Part shown: piece after piece, positions 1-10,189 of the stretch
How the letters are laid out: every line of letters begins with the position of its first letter
Numbering within the stretch: position 1 is the stretch's first letter
DNA from: Propionibacterium ruminifibrarum
GTDB lineage: Bacteria; Actinomycetota; Actinomycetes; Propionibacteriales; Propionibacteriaceae
DNA length: 32,000 bases
Reading direction: 5' to 3'
Assembly: GCF_900289195.1 (NCBI RefSeq)
Contig: NZ_OMOH01000001.1
Span: 60,001-92,000 of the forward strand
Notes under the pieces: generated by a model
What the model was told of the DNA's origin: nothing
Seen by the model: only the letters and a program-made list of their open reading frames with translations
Database searches by the model: none
Program-made: the position numbers and the translations under genes

Positions 1-1
1 C

Positions 2-691
2 GGCGACGCCGCGGACACCGGCCTGTCCCGCAGCGTTCCCGAGACCCCCGACTGGGACAAGCGCACCAAGCTGGCCTTCGAACGGGAGATGCTCGGCCTG
101 TACGTCTCGGACCATCCGCTGCAGGGGCTCGAGCACGTGCTCAGCGCCGAGAGCTCGATCGGCATCGGCACGCTCATCGAGACCGGCTCCGAGCTCGACG
201 GCCGGGTGGAGACCATCTGCGGCATGATCACCCAGGTCCAGCGCCGGCAGTCCAAGTCGGGTGCCTTCTGGGCGACCGTCACCGTCGAGGACCTCGACGC
301 CAGCGTCCAGGTCCTCGTCTTCCCGAAGGTCTACCAGACCTGCCTGACCCAGCTCGTGCCCGATACCGTGGTGCGCATCACCGGCCGCGTGGCCAACAAG
401 GACGAGTCCATCGAGATCCAGGCCAACGAGCTGACGGTGCCGGACGTGCGGATGAGCTCCGACGGGCCCGTGACGATCCAGATGCCCGTCGTGCGGTGCA
501 TCCCGCCGGTGGTGCAGGAGCTGCGGCAGGTGCTCACCGCCCATCCGGGCGGCACCGAGGTGCGGGTCAAGCTGGTCGGCCCCCAGAAGAGCACCCTCAT
601 GAGGCTCGGCGACTCACTGCGGGTCAGCAACGAGCAGCCGCTCATCGCCGACCTCAAGGCACTGCTCGGCCCCGGCTGCATCGCGGTCTGA
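2..691 (+). CDS. dnaE: DNA polymerase III alpha subunit (DnaE), C-terminal fragment; 5' end lies outside the window
   Basis: The frame is open from the window edge (codons from nt 2). The translation ...KLAFEREMLGLYVSDHPLQGLEH... is followed by the OB-fold-like segment GRVETICGMITQVQRRQSKSGAFWATVTVEDLDASVQVLVFPKVY, which is characteristic of the DnaE C-terminus. Stop TGA 689-691. Confidence 0.9.
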   Translation, partial: GDAADTGLSRSVPETPDWDKRTKLAFEREMLGLYVSDHPLQGLEHVLSAESSIGIGTLIETGSELDGRVETICGMITQVQRRQSKSGAFWATVTVEDLDASVQVLVFPKVYQTCLTQLVPDTVVRITGRVANKDESIEIQANELTVPDVRMSSDGPVTIQMPVVRCIPPVVQELRQVLTAHPGGTEVRVKLVGPQKSTLMRLGDSLRVSNEQPLIADLKALLGPGCIAV

Positions 692-757
692 CCGGTTCGG
701 CCCGGTCCGGCGGGTGCGGCTAACCTGTGGGAGTCGTCGAACTCGAGGGGGCACGTC

Positions 758-1552
758 ATGAGTGAGCAACCGCTGCGCACGCCGGATGGCCGCGTCCCGG
801 CGGTCGTCGCCTCCACCGAGACGACCGGTCCCCAGAAGGCGATCGCCGAGCCGGTCGCCTCCGAGCTGCACCGCGTCAGCCTGTGGCGCCCGCACATCAG
901 CAGACGAGACGGCGTCCTCATCGCCCTCTTCGCGGGGCTCGTCCTCGTCCTCGGTCTCCTGGCCGGGCTCTGCTGGTCGGTGGTGACACCGCTGCAGTCG
1001 GTCACCGTCAGCTCCGACGGCACCGCCACGATGACGAATCACGCCGCCGTGGAGAGTTTCAGCCCCGATGCCGTCTTCGTCATGATCGGTCTCGTCGTCG
1101 GTCTCGTCCTCGGCTTCTTCGCCTGGCACTGGTTCAGGCACGCGGGATGGCCCGTCGTCCTCCTCGCCGTGGCCGCCGCCGGCCTGTGTGCGCTCCTCGC
1201 GGCACGTTTCGGGGCCATCATCGGGCCGAGCGGCTTCGACACCCGCCTGGCCGGTGCAGGCGCCGGTGAGACGGTCGTCTTCGACCTGGCCCTGACGACC
1301 CCGACGGCCTGGGTCGTCTGGCCCTTCGCGGCCGTCATCCCGGTGCTCGTCTACAGCTCCCTCACCCATGACGGCGACGACCGGCGGGCGCGCACCCGGG
1401 CCGAGGAGGGGGCCACCGGGGACGGCGAGGACGACCACTCCCCGCGCTGGGCGGAGGAGGGACGGACCGGCAGCGGTCACAGCCTGCTGCGCTTCCTGCA
1501 CGGCCAGCGCACGACGGTACCGGCCCCGGACGACGGGCGGACCGGGGCCTGA
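758..1552 (+). CDS. hypothetical integral membrane protein (about four hydrophobic helices, charged Asp/Arg/Gly-rich C-terminal tail)
   Basis: ATG 758 is preceded by GAGGGGG (745-751). Hydrophobic spans are VLIALFAGLVLVLGLLAGLCW, AVFVMIGLVVGLVLGFFAW, WPVVLLAVAAAGLCALLAARF and WVVWPFAAVIPVLVY. G/C-rich third positions. I cannot name a family with confidence. Confidence 0.7.
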   Translation: MSEQPLRTPDGRVPAVVASTETTGPQKAIAEPVASELHRVSLWRPHISRRDGVLIALFAGLVLVLGLLAGLCWSVVTPLQSVTVSSDGTATMTNHAAVESFSPDAVFVMIGLVVGLVLGFFAWHWFRHAGWPVVLLAVAAAGLCALLAARFGAIIGPSGFDTRLAGAGAGETVVFDLALTTPTAWVVWPFAAVIPVLVYSSLTHDGDDRRARTRAEEGATGDGEDDHSPRWAEEGRTGSGHSLLRFLHGQRTTVPAPDDGRTGA

Positions 1553-1578
1553 CACGCGCTCGCCGCGAGGATCCCCGG

Positions 1579-2070
1579 TCAGCGGGTCAGTCCCGCCAAC
1601 GTGCCCCGGGTGGCCGTCAGCAGGGCCGCCGGGCTCAGTTCGACGCTCAGCCCGCGGCGGCCGGCCGAGACGAAAACGGTCTCGTAGCCCATCGCGCTGG
1701 CGTCGATGAAGGTTCTCATCCGGCGTTTCTGCCCGAACGGGGAGATCCCGCCGACGACGAATCCGGTTGCCCGCTGCGCCAGGCCGGGACTGGCCAGGGC
1801 GGCGTGCTTGCCCCCAGCCGCCGCGGCGGTCGCCTTCAGGTCGAGCAGCCGGTCCGAGCCGATGACGGCGGTGACGAGCCGGCGGGGATCGTCGTCGAGC
1901 TCGACGACGAGCGTCTTGAAGGCGCGGCCCGGTTCGACGCCGAGCGCCCTCGCCCCCTCCAGGCCGTAGTGCTCGGCCCGGGGATCATGCTCGTACGAGT
2001 GCAGCGTGAACGCCACCCCGGCCCTCGTGAGGGCCGTTGTCGCGGGCGTCCCGGTGGACCTGCGGGTCAT
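1579..2070 (-). CDS. ybaK: YbaK/EbsC-family Cys-tRNA(Pro) deacylase (trans-editing protein)
   Basis: 163 aa. AFTLHSYEHDP...AFKTLVVE...FVVGGISPFGQKRRMRTFIDAS...VFVSAGRRG matches the YbaK/ProX editing-domain pattern. Confidence 0.85.
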   Translation of the reverse strand: MTRRSTGTPATTALTRAGVAFTLHSYEHDPRAEHYGLEGARALGVEPGRAFKTLVVELDDDPRRLVTAVIGSDRLLDLKATAAAAGGKHAALASPGLAQRATGFVVGGISPFGQKRRMRTFIDASAMGYETVFVSAGRRGLSVELSPAALLTATRGTLAGLTR

Positions 2071-2111
2071 GGCTCAAGTCTGCCCCGCTCGGGTGGGGCG
2101 GATCGGTGTGG

Positions 2112-2873
2112 TCACAGCAGCGAGATGACCCACACGGCGGCCGGGGCCAGGACCAGCGCGGGCAGCACCTCGACGACCGGCAGCTTCCTGATGCCGGTCA
2201 TCGTGAACCCCAGTGAGAGCAGGATGATGCCGCCGGCGGAGTTCAACGCGGCCACCTCGGGGTCGGGCAGCATGCCGCCGGCGAGGTAGCCGATGAACGT
2301 GACCGTACCGAGGTAGATGAACTGCACGACGGCCGAACCCATCACCGAGGCGCCGAAGGTCGACGCCAGCGCGATGGACGTGAAGCCGTCGAGGACGGCG
2401 TTGATGCACAGCTGGCTGGGGCCGTTGCCGAGGCCGTCCTGCAGGGCCCCGAGCAGACCCAGCGGGCCGACACAGAAGATGAGGACCGCCGTGACGAAAC
2501 CCTCCAGGTCGTCCCGGTCGCCCGGCGCCGGGTCCTTGCGGCGCATCCGCATGACCATGCGCCGGCCCCACTGGCCGAGCCGGTCGAGCCGTTCGGGCAG
2601 TCGCAGCCCCCGCCCGATGAGCGTGCCGACGACCAGGCTGAGCATGACGACGACCATGCCGAAGTCCCCGACGACCTCGGCCAGGGCGGCGTCGGAGAAG
2701 TCCATGCCCGAGTCGACGCCGATGACGATGACGACCAGGCTCAGCACGGTGGTGATGGCGGTGCGTGCCTCCTTCGACAGGCGCTGGCCGATGAGCAGGC
2801 CGATGACCGAGCCGACGAGGATCGACGACACGTTGATGACCGTTCCGGCTCCGATGAAGATCTGAGGGGTCAC
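2112..2873 (-). CDS. DUF554-family (YdfK/YqgA-like) membrane protein
   Basis: IFIGAGTVINVSSILVGSVIGLLIGQRLSKEARTAITTVLSLVVIVIGV and NAVLDGFTSIALASTFG are typical of DUF554. The start is uncertain. I chose GTG 2873 because family N-termini begin just before the G-T-[IV]-I-N motif. ATG 2912 and GTG 2948 (ORF-track start) are the alternatives. Confidence 0.75.
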   Translation of the reverse strand: MTPQIFIGAGTVINVSSILVGSVIGLLIGQRLSKEARTAITTVLSLVVIVIGVDSGMDFSDAALAEVVGDFGMVVVMLSLVVGTLIGRGLRLPERLDRLGQWGRRMVMRMRRKDPAPGDRDDLEGFVTAVLIFCVGPLGLLGALQDGLGNGPSQLCINAVLDGFTSIALASTFGASVMGSAVVQFIYLGTVTFIGYLAGGMLPDPEVAALNSAGGIILLSLGFTMTGIRKLPVVEVLPALVLAPAAVWVISLL

Positions 2874-2986
2874 CGTCCCATTCCACCACCGACGGCCGGC
2901 CGGGCGTGGCATCGTCCAGGCCCGGATCCGTCGCGGGAGCGGTCTCACGCCCGTGTGCGGCCGCGCGCCCGGGCGGAGGCCGCGAC

Positions 2987-2992
2987 TAGGCT
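2987..2992 (+). promoter_or_regulatory. putative -10 element TAGGCT, 6 nt upstream of the hisD ATG (leaderless-type)
   Basis: The context is gacTAGGCTGatgccATG. This hexamer contains the only TA dinucleotide in the whole DUF554/hisD divergent spacer (2874-2998). The nearest GGAGG is 19 nt from the ATG, too far to act as an SD. Confidence 0.4.
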
Positions 2993-2998
2993 GATGCC

Positions 2999-4315
2999 AT
3001 GCTGCGGATCACTGACCTACGTGGACGACGACTGGACGACTACACGGCCGTGCTGCCGCGCGGCACCTTCGACGTCGAGCATGCCCTGACAGCCGTCGAG
3101 CCCCTGTGCCGGGCCGTCAGGGACGAGGGACAGGCCGCGCTCCTGCGTTTCGCCGAGCAGTTCGACCACGTCGTGCCCGAGCAGCTGCGCGTGCCGGCCG
3201 AGGCGCTGGACGATGCCCTCGACCGGCTCGACCCGGCCCTGCGCGCCGCCGTCGAGGAGTCGATCCGTCGTCGCCGTGTCGTCGCCGAGACCGTCGAGAC
3301 CGAGGAGCCCTACCGGCAGGTCGAGGTCGCCCCCGGGGCCGTCGTCGGCAACCGCCTGGTCCCCGTCGAACGCGTCGGCCTGTACGTGCCCGGCGGCCTG
3401 GCCCCGCTCGCCTCCACCGTCCTCATGAACGTCGTGCCGGCCCAGGTCGCCGGTGTCGGCCAGGTGGCGGTCGCCACCCCGCCCCAGGCCGAGTACGGGG
3501 GCCTGCCGAACCCGACCATCCTCGCCGTGTGCAGGCTGCTCGGCGTCGACGAGGTCTACGCCGTCGGCGGAGCCCAGGCCATCGCCATGTTCGCCTACGG
3601 CGTGCCGGGCCTGTGCCGCCGCGTCGACATGGTCACCGGCCCGGGCAACATCTACGTCGTGGCCGCCAAACGCCATCTGCGCGGGCTCATCGGCATCGAC
3701 GCCGAGGCCGGCCCCACCGAGATCCTCGTGCTCGCCGACGGCACCGCCGATCCGGTCCACGTGGCGGCCGACCTCATCAGCCAGGCCGAGCACGATCCCA
3801 TGGCGGGCGCCGTGCTCGTCACCGACTCGACGGCGCTGCTCGAAGCCGTCGAGGCCGAGCTGGCCGGCCAGGTCGCCCGGCTGGACACCGCCGACCGCCT
3901 GCGCATCTCGCTGACCGGCGAGCAGTCCGGCGTCGTGCTCGTCGACGACATGGAACAGGGCCTGGCCGTCACCAACGACTACGCGCCCGAGCACCTGGAG
4001 ATCCAGACGGCCGAGGCGGCGGCGCTCGCCCGGCGCGTGCGCAACGCCGGGGCGGTCTTCGTCGGCGGCTCAGCGCCCGTGACGCTCGGCGACTACTCGG
4101 CGGGCTCCACGCACGTCCTGCCGACCGGGGGAGCGGCCCACTACGCGTCCGGTCTCACCACGCGCAGCTTCATGAAGTCGGTGCACGTCATCGAGTACAC
4201 CCCGCAGGCGCTGGCCGACCTGGGGGACGGCGTCCAGCGGTTCGCGCACGCCGAGAACCTTCCCGGCCACGCCGCCGCCATCGCCGCGCGCACGGGAAGC
4301 CAGGTGCAGGCATGA
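2999..4315 (+). CDS. hisD: histidinol dehydrogenase
   Basis: 438 aa. The full-length pattern (...LYVPGG.APL.STVLM..VPA.VAGV...GGAQAIAA.AYG...VD.V.GPGN.YV..AK...IDAEAGPTE...SQAEHD...EHLE...GDY.AG..HVLPT) is unmistakably HisD. Confidence 0.96.
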   Translation: MLRITDLRGRRLDDYTAVLPRGTFDVEHALTAVEPLCRAVRDEGQAALLRFAEQFDHVVPEQLRVPAEALDDALDRLDPALRAAVEESIRRRRVVAETVETEEPYRQVEVAPGAVVGNRLVPVERVGLYVPGGLAPLASTVLMNVVPAQVAGVGQVAVATPPQAEYGGLPNPTILAVCRLLGVDEVYAVGGAQAIAMFAYGVPGLCRRVDMVTGPGNIYVVAAKRHLRGLIGIDAEAGPTEILVLADGTADPVHVAADLISQAEHDPMAGAVLVTDSTALLEAVEAELAGQVARLDTADRLRISLTGEQSGVVLVDDMEQGLAVTNDYAPEHLEIQTAEAAALARRVRNAGAVFVGGSAPVTLGDYSAGSTHVLPTGGAAHYASGLTTRSFMKSVHVIEYTPQALADLGDGVQRFAHAENLPGHAAAIAARTGSQVQA

Positions 4316-5439
4316 GCGAGACCCCACGCATCCCGGGCCCGGCGATAACCCTCGACGAGTTGCCGCTGCGCCCCGAACTCGTCGGATCGCAGCCCTACGG
4401 CGCCCCGCAGCTCGACGTGCCGGTGCGGCTCAACACCAACGAGAACCCGTACCCGCCCAGCGCGCGCGTGCGGGCTCACATGGCCCGTCAGATCGATCAG
4501 ATCACCGCGTCGATCAACCGCTACCCCGACCGCGAGGCCCTGGCGCTGCGCGCCGATCTGGCCGCCTACCTCGGTTTCGGGCTCACCAGTTCGAACATCT
4601 GGGTTGCCAATGGCTCCAACGAGGTCATGACGCACATCCTGCAGGCCTTCGGCGGCCCGGGCCGCACGGTGCTGAGCTTCACCCCCACCTACTCGATGTA
4701 TCCCGAGTACGCGCGCAACACCCACACGAGGTATGTCGCCGTGCCCCGCAGGGACGACTACACGCTCGATGCCGACCTCGTCGTGGCGGCCGTCGCCGAG
4801 CACCGGCCCGACGTGCTGCTCATCACGACGCCGAACAACCCGACGGGCACCATCACCCCGGTCAAGGTGATCGAGGAGATCTGCGAGCGCGTCGACTGCA
4901 TCGTCGTGGTCGACGAGGCCTACCAGGAGTTCACGGAGTTCCCCGCGGACTCCTCGCTGGCCCTGCTCGCCCGTTTCGGCCGCCTCATCGTCTCGCGCAC
5001 CATGTCGAAGGCCTTCGCCCTGGCAGGCGGGCGCGTCGGCTACTTCGCCGCGGCTCCGGCGGTCGTCGACGCCTGCCGCATCGTGCGTCTGCCCTACCAC
5101 ATGAGCGCGCAGACCCAGGCCATCGCCAGGGTCGCCCTGGCCCACAGGAACGAGATGCTCGCCCAGGTCGACGCCCTGCGCCAGGAGTGCCAGGAGCTGC
5201 AGGAATGGCTGCGGCGTGCCGGTCTCGAGGTCGTGCCCAGCCAGGCGAACTTCATCCTGTTCGGCAGGTTCGCGGACCGCCACGCGGTCTGGCAGGAGGT
5301 CCTGGACGCCGGCGTCCTCATCCGCGAGGTCGGCCCCGAGGGCTTCCTGCGGCTCAACGCCGGCACGCCGGACGAGATGAGGGCCTTCCGCGAGGCCATC
5401 AGCCCGGTCATCGCCCGCCCCGGCGTGCTGGTCCGCTGA
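4312..5439 (+). CDS. hisC: histidinol-phosphate aminotransferase
   Basis: The ATG at 4312 overlaps the hisD stop (ATGA). [39 protein letters not shown] (PLP-lysine motif) and the class-II aminotransferase length all fit. Only the part of the 777-aa track ORF from 4312 onward is coding. Confidence 0.95.
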   Translation: MSETPRIPGPAITLDELPLRPELVGSQPYGAPQLDVPVRLNTNENPYPPSARVRAHMARQIDQITASINRYPDREALALRADLAAYLGFGLTSSNIWVANGSNEVMTHILQAFGGPGRTVLSFTPTYSMYPEYARNTHTRYVAVPRRDDYTLDADLVVAAVAEHRPDVLLITTPNNPTGTITPVKVIEEICERVDCIVVVDEAYQEFTEFPADSSLALLARFGRLIVSRTMSKAFALAGGRVGYFAAAPAVVDACRIVRLPYHMSAQTQAIARVALAHRNEMLAQVDALRQECQELQEWLRRAGLEVVPSQANFILFGRFADRHAVWQEVLDAGVLIREVGPEGFLRLNAGTPDEMRAFREAISPVIARPGVLVR

Positions 5440-5483
5440 GAACCCCCGAATCCCGCTGCACGTTGTCTCCGGAAAGGACGAAC

Positions 5484-6092
5484 ATGAGCCGCACGGCACG
5501 CATCCATCGGGTCACGAGCGAGTCCGACGTCCAGGTCAGCCTCGACCTGGACGGCACCGGCGCCTCGCACATCAGCACCGGTGTGGGCTTCTACGATCAC
5601 ATGCTCACCGCGCTGAGCAGGCACTCGCTCATCGACCTCGACGTCACCACCACCGGAGACACCTGGATCGACGGGCACCACAGCGTCGAGGACACCGCCA
5701 TCGCCATCGGCCAGGGGCTGCGTGAGGCACTTGGCGACAAGTCGGGCATCCGCCGTTTCGGCGACGCCCTCGTCCCCCTCGACGAGGCGCTGGCCCAGGC
5801 GGTCGTCGACGTCGCCGGCCGGTCCTACACGGTGTGCACCGGCGAACCCGAGTCGCAGGTCACCGCTCGCATCGGGGGCTCCGGGGTGCTGTACGCCGGG
5901 TCGATGACCTACCACGTCATGGAGTCGCTGGCCTCGAACGCGGGCATCTGCCTGCACCTGCGTCTGCTGGCCGGCCGCGAGCCGCATCACATCGTCGAGG
6001 CCCAGTTCAAGGCCGTTGCTCGCGCCCTGCGCGCCGCCATCGAACCCGACCCGAGGGTCACGGGCATCCCGAGCACGAAGGGCGCGCTGTGA
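5484..6092 (+). CDS. hisB: imidazoleglycerol-phosphate dehydratase
   Basis: ATG 5484 is preceded by [53 protein letters not shown] and STKG are IGPD signature motifs. Confidence 0.95.
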   Translation: MSRTARIHRVTSESDVQVSLDLDGTGASHISTGVGFYDHMLTALSRHSLIDLDVTTTGDTWIDGHHSVEDTAIAIGQGLREALGDKSGIRRFGDALVPLDEALAQAVVDVAGRSYTVCTGEPESQVTARIGGSGVLYAGSMTYHVMESLASNAGICLHLRLLAGREPHHIVEAQFKAVARALRAAIEPDPRVTGIPSTKGAL

Positions 6093-6718
6093 GCGGGTCC
6101 GGCCCGCTGATCGGCGTCCTGGACTACGGCTCGGGGAATCTGCACTCGGTCAGCCGTGCGCTCGACGCCGCCGGGGCGCAGGTGCACCTGTCCTCGTCCC
6201 CGACCGGATTCGAGAACTGCCAGGGCCTCGTCGTGCCGGGTGTCGGCGCGTTCGCCGCCTGCATGGCGCAGCTGCGGGCCGGCGGGGGAGCCGACCTGGT
6301 CAGGTCCTGGGCGGACCGGTCTCGTCCGCTGCTGGGGATCTGCGTCGGCCACCAGGTGCTGTTCGCCTCCGGGGACGAGCACGGGCAGGTGAGTGAGGGC
6401 ATCGGCGTCTTCGACGGCACCGTCACCGAGCTGACCAGCGCCCGCCTGCCGCACATGGGCTGGAACGTGGTCGAGCCGGCCGCCGACAGCCGGCTCTTCG
6501 CCCATCTGGCGGCCGAACGCTTCTACTTCGTCCACTCCTACGCCGCCCACAGCGCCCCGTCGGGCGCGCTCGTCAGCTGGGTCGAGCACGGGGGCGATCG
6601 CTGCGTGGCAGCCGTCGAGCGGGGCGTGGTCTGCTCCACCCAGTTCCACCCCGAGAAATCCGGAAGGGCCGGGGCCCGGCTGCTGCGCAACTGGCTCGAC
6701 ATCGTCGAACGGTCCTGA
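6089..6718 (+). CDS. hisH: imidazole glycerol phosphate synthase, glutamine amidotransferase subunit
   Basis: The GTG at 6089 overlaps the hisB stop (GTGA). [30 protein letters not shown] (catalytic Cys), HMGWN, FYFVHSY and QFHPEKS are present. Confidence 0.93.
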   Translation: MSGSGPLIGVLDYGSGNLHSVSRALDAAGAQVHLSSSPTGFENCQGLVVPGVGAFAACMAQLRAGGGADLVRSWADRSRPLLGICVGHQVLFASGDEHGQVSEGIGVFDGTVTELTSARLPHMGWNVVEPAADSRLFAHLAAERFYFVHSYAAHSAPSGALVSWVEHGGDRCVAAVERGVVCSTQFHPEKSGRAGARLLRNWLDIVERS

Positions 6719-6773
6719 GCCACTGAGAGGCTCGGCGCTGTGTCGAGGGCCTGGGCCGGCCGGCCGGGTGGGC

Positions 6774-6779
6774 TAGGGT
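6774..6779 (+). promoter_or_regulatory. putative -10 element TAGGGT, 6 nt upstream of the priA GTG (leaderless-type internal promoter)
   Basis: The context is ggcTAGGGTtttcccGTG, in the 67-nt hisH-priA spacer. The alternative reading is AGGG acting as a weak SD. Confidence 0.3.
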
Positions 6780-6785
6780 TTTCCC

Positions 6786-7523
6786 GTGAGCATTGAACAC
6801 AGCGAGACCCTTCAGCTCCTTCCCGCCGTCGATGTCCAGAACGGGCAGGCGGTCCAGCTGGTTCAGGGAGTAGCCGGCTCGGAGAAGGTCTTCGGCGACC
6901 CGCACGAGGCCGCCAAGCGCTGGGTGGAGGCCGGGACGACCTGGCTTCACCTGGTCGACCTGGACGCGGCCTTCGGCCGCGGCTCGAACGCCGACCTTCT
7001 CGCCGGGCTCATCAGCGAGCTCGACGTCGACGTCGAGTTGTCCGGCGGCATCCGCGACGACGCCAGCCTCGAGCGCGCCCTGTCCACCGGCTGCCGCCGG
7101 GTCAACATCGGGACCGCGGCGCTGGAGAACCCCGGCTGGTGCGCCGAGGTCATCGCGAGCTACGGGGATCGCATCGCCATCGGCCTCGACGTGCGCGGCA
7201 CCAGGCTCGCGGCCCGCGGCTGGGTGTCCGAGGGCGGCGAGCTGCTCGACACTCTCGAGGTCATGAATGCGGCCGGCTGCGCGCGGTACGTCGTCACCGA
7301 CGTCACCTCGGACGGCATGCTGTCGGGACCGAACCTGGAACTGCTGACCACCGTCTGCGCCCACACCGACGCGCCGGTCGTCGCCTCCGGGGGCATCACC
7401 TCACTCGAGGACGTCCAGGCCCTCCGGGCGATGGTCGATCAGGGCATCGAGGGCGCCATCATCGGTACCGCCCTGTACATCGGCAGGTTCACCCTGTCCG
7501 AGGCCCTGGCGGTGGCGCGGTGA
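6786..7523 (+). CDS. priA: phosphoribosyl isomerase A (actinobacterial HisA/TrpF-type ProFAR isomerase)
   Basis: 245 aa. [70 protein letters not shown] and G.I.G.ALY are present. Assigning it to the bifunctional PriA type is inferred from the actinobacterial context. Confidence 0.92.
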   Translation: MSIEHSETLQLLPAVDVQNGQAVQLVQGVAGSEKVFGDPHEAAKRWVEAGTTWLHLVDLDAAFGRGSNADLLAGLISELDVDVELSGGIRDDASLERALSTGCRRVNIGTAALENPGWCAEVIASYGDRIAIGLDVRGTRLAARGWVSEGGELLDTLEVMNAAGCARYVVTDVTSDGMLSGPNLELLTTVCAHTDAPVVASGGITSLEDVQALRAMVDQGIEGAIIGTALYIGRFTLSEALAVAR

Positions 7524-8569
7524 CTCCGGAGTGGGCCGAGACCTTCGTCGATGACCTCCTCGACTGGAGTTTCCTGAGCTTCGACGACCTGCCCGAGCTG
7601 GCCGAGCTGCGGGCCGCCATGGAGTACTACGACGACCCCCTGCAGACCATGGGCTACGACGATCTCGTGGCCGACTGGAACCGGCCGGGCGCCCATGCCA
7701 GTCACCATGCGGTCGTGGGGCGCGAGAAGAGCGGGCGCATCGTCGCCTACGGCTGGAACCATCCGGACCTCAGCGACCTGTCGCTGCCCAGGGTGTGGTT
7801 CGACGTCGGTGTCCATCCCGCGTGGCGGCACCAGGGAATCCGTCACAATCTCTCGCTGTGGCTCATCTCCCGCGCCGAGCAGTGGTACCTGCACGTGTAC
7901 GAGGAGGGCACCGGTCCGCTGTGGATCGGTTCGATGGTCGACGAGAAACGCATCGGCCTGACCGATTCCATCGTGAGCGCCGGCCTGGCCCCGGAACGCT
8001 GGCAGTTCGACATGCACCGCGACCTGGCGGGGGCCGAGCTGCCGGAGCTGGTCATCCCCCCTGAGGTCACGATCGTGCCCTTCGAGGAGAAGTACTCCGA
8101 GCAGGCCCGGGCCGCCCACAACGAGGCCTTCGCATCGCGCCCCGGGGCCCACGAGACGAGTCGCGAGGACTGGGAACGCTCCCTGGACTCGGAGGGGGCC
8201 CGGGCCAGGCTGTCGTGGCTGGCCATCGTCAACAGCCCCCAGCCCAGCCACACCGACGCCCCGCACGGCAGGGTCGTCGGCTACGCCATCAACCGCGCCT
8301 ACGAGGACGAGGTCCTGGAGGGGTGGACCGAGCGCATCGGCGTGTGCCCCTGGTGCCACGGCAAGGGCATCGGCCGCGCGTTGATGGTCACCTCGATGCG
8401 CGGGTTCGTCGAGGCCGGCCTGGAGAGCGCCGGTATCGGTGTCGACACGGTCATGCCGCAGGTCGCGAAGGACTACTTCGCCTCGATGGGTTTCGAGGCC
8501 ACCGAGAGCCTCATCGTCTACGGACGCACCAGCAGCTACGAGGAGCTCCTCGCCAAACGCACCGGCTGA
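7520..8569 (+). CDS. two-domain GNAT-family N-acetyltransferase (MshD-like architecture), substrate unknown
   Basis: The GTG at 7520 overlaps the priA stop (GTGA). The C-terminal half has NEAFASRPG and the acetyl-CoA motif [11 protein letters not shown]. The N-terminal half has a degenerate equivalent ([13 protein letters not shown]). Only the part of the 476-aa track ORF from 7520 onward is taken as coding. Confidence 0.75.
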   Translation: MTPEWAETFVDDLLDWSFLSFDDLPELAELRAAMEYYDDPLQTMGYDDLVADWNRPGAHASHHAVVGREKSGRIVAYGWNHPDLSDLSLPRVWFDVGVHPAWRHQGIRHNLSLWLISRAEQWYLHVYEEGTGPLWIGSMVDEKRIGLTDSIVSAGLAPERWQFDMHRDLAGAELPELVIPPEVTIVPFEEKYSEQARAAHNEAFASRPGAHETSREDWERSLDSEGARARLSWLAIVNSPQPSHTDAPHGRVVGYAINRAYEDEVLEGWTERIGVCPWCHGKGIGRALMVTSMRGFVEAGLESAGIGVDTVMPQVAKDYFASMGFEATESLIVYGRTSSYEELLAKRTG

Positions 8570-8626
8570 CCCGGCCTGGCGGACGGCTGTCCGGCCGGAT
8601 CCTGCCGCCGGCTTCATCGCGGTGAG

Positions 8627-8632
8627 TAGAAT
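8627..8632 (+). promoter_or_regulatory. putative -10 element TAGAAT upstream of yebC
   Basis: This is a near-consensus TANNNT hexamer in an otherwise GC-rich spacer, about 84 nt upstream of the yebC ATG. No clear -35 element is present. Confidence 0.35.
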
Positions 8633-8715
8633 CGATGAGGTTGTGGCGCCGCCGAGTCGGCGCGCCCGTCACCGAGCATGAGGAACGAACGAGTCAATCA
8701 AGAGGGGATCTGCGT

Positions 8716-9513
<798 letters not shown>

Positions 9514-9527
9514 GCGCCCCGGAGTGT

Positions 9528-9555
9528 TCCCGCCCGGCCCCGGCCGGGGACGGGA
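9528..9555 (+). terminator. GC-rich interrupted hairpin downstream of yebC (possible I-shaped terminator or attenuator; no U-tract)
   Basis: TCCCG-CCCGGC ... GCCGGG-GA-CGGGA: 6 bp plus 5 bp separated by a 2-nt bulge, with a 4-nt loop. It starts 15 nt after the yebC stop. Confidence 0.45.
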
Positions 9556-9561
9556 TACACT
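9556..9561 (+). promoter_or_regulatory. putative -10 element TACACT for ruvC
   Basis: A TANNNT hexamer lies immediately upstream of the SOS box, so the predicted transcription start falls inside the operator. Confidence 0.3.
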
Positions 9562-9567
9562 CGGTTC

Positions 9568-9583
9568 TCGAACTGATGTTCGG
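9568..9583 (+). promoter_or_regulatory. LexA SOS box (Cheo-box type) upstream of ruvC
   Basis: TCGAAC-TGAT-GTTCGG matches 11 of 12 positions of the actinobacterial consensus TCGAAC-N4-GTTCGA. It lies in the yebC-ruvC spacer 79 nt before the ruvC start. ruvC is a known LexA target in mycobacteria. Confidence 0.65.
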
Positions 9584-9661
9584 ATCCGGCTGCGGGTGTT
9601 CACCATCCCCCGGCCGGATCCGGTGCCAGGGCCGGCCCGGCCCGGATGCTAAGGAGCGCCA

Positions 9662-10189
9662 GTGCGCGTCATGGGAGTCGACCCGGGACTGACCCGGTGC
9701 GGGGTGGCCATTGTCGAGGGGCGCCCCGGTGCCCGCCCCGGGCTCGTCGCTGTCGGCGTGGTGCGCACCAGCCCCGACATGCCGCACGAGTACCGCCTGC
9801 TGCGGCTGGAGGAGGGCCTCACGGGGTGGTACGACGCGTACCACCCCGAGACCCTGGCGATCGAACGGGTCTTCGCCCAGCACAATCTGCACTCGGTCAC
9901 CGGTATCGCGCAGGCCGCCGGCATCGCCATGCTCATCGGCGCCCGGCACGACACGCCCGTCGCGCTGCACACCCCGAGCGAGGCGAAGGCCACCATCACC
10001 GGCTCGGGACGGGCCGACAAGAAGCAGGTCGCAACCATGGTCGCCCGGATCCTCGGACTCGCCACACCCCCAAGACCCGCCGATGCGGCTGACGCCGTGG
10101 CGCTGGCCATCACGCACCTGTGGCGCGGCGGGGTCCAGGCCAGGTACACCGAGGCCGCCGCGGCTGCGGCGCGGAGGAGGGCCTCGTGA
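9662..10189 (+). CDS. ruvC: crossover junction endodeoxyribonuclease RuvC
   Basis: GTG 9662 lies 5 nt after AAGGAG (9651-9656). MRVMGVDPGLTRCG (catalytic Asp), LAIERVF, G.G.A.K.QV and DAADA.A.A are present. Confidence 0.93.
   Translation: MRVMGVDPGLTRCGVAIVEGRPGARPGLVAVGVVRTSPDMPHEYRLLRLEEGLTGWYDAYHPETLAIERVFAQHNLHSVTGIAQAAGIAMLIGARHDTPVALHTPSEAKATITGSGRADKKQVATMVARILGLATPPRPADAADAVALAITHLWRGGVQARYTEAAAAAARRRAS

Noticed and set aside
690-707. A hairpin, GACCGG-TTCGGC-CCGGTC, overlapping the dnaE stop.
   Set aside because: It is only 6 bp with no U-tract, which is common by chance in this composition. I noted it but did not annotate it as a terminator.
3106-4311. The 5' two-thirds of the 777-aa + strand track ORF overlapping hisD in another frame.
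   Set aside because: The translation is an Arg/Pro/Gly repeat-like string. Real coding in this frame begins at ATG 4312 (the hisC N-terminus MSETPRIPG...), coupled to the hisD stop.
8635-8715. An in-frame N-terminal extension of yebC ([27 protein letters not shown]...).
   Set aside because: The YebC family starts at MSGHSKW, and the SD (AGAGGGGA) sits 8 nt before ATG 8716. The extension would place the SD inside the coding sequence.
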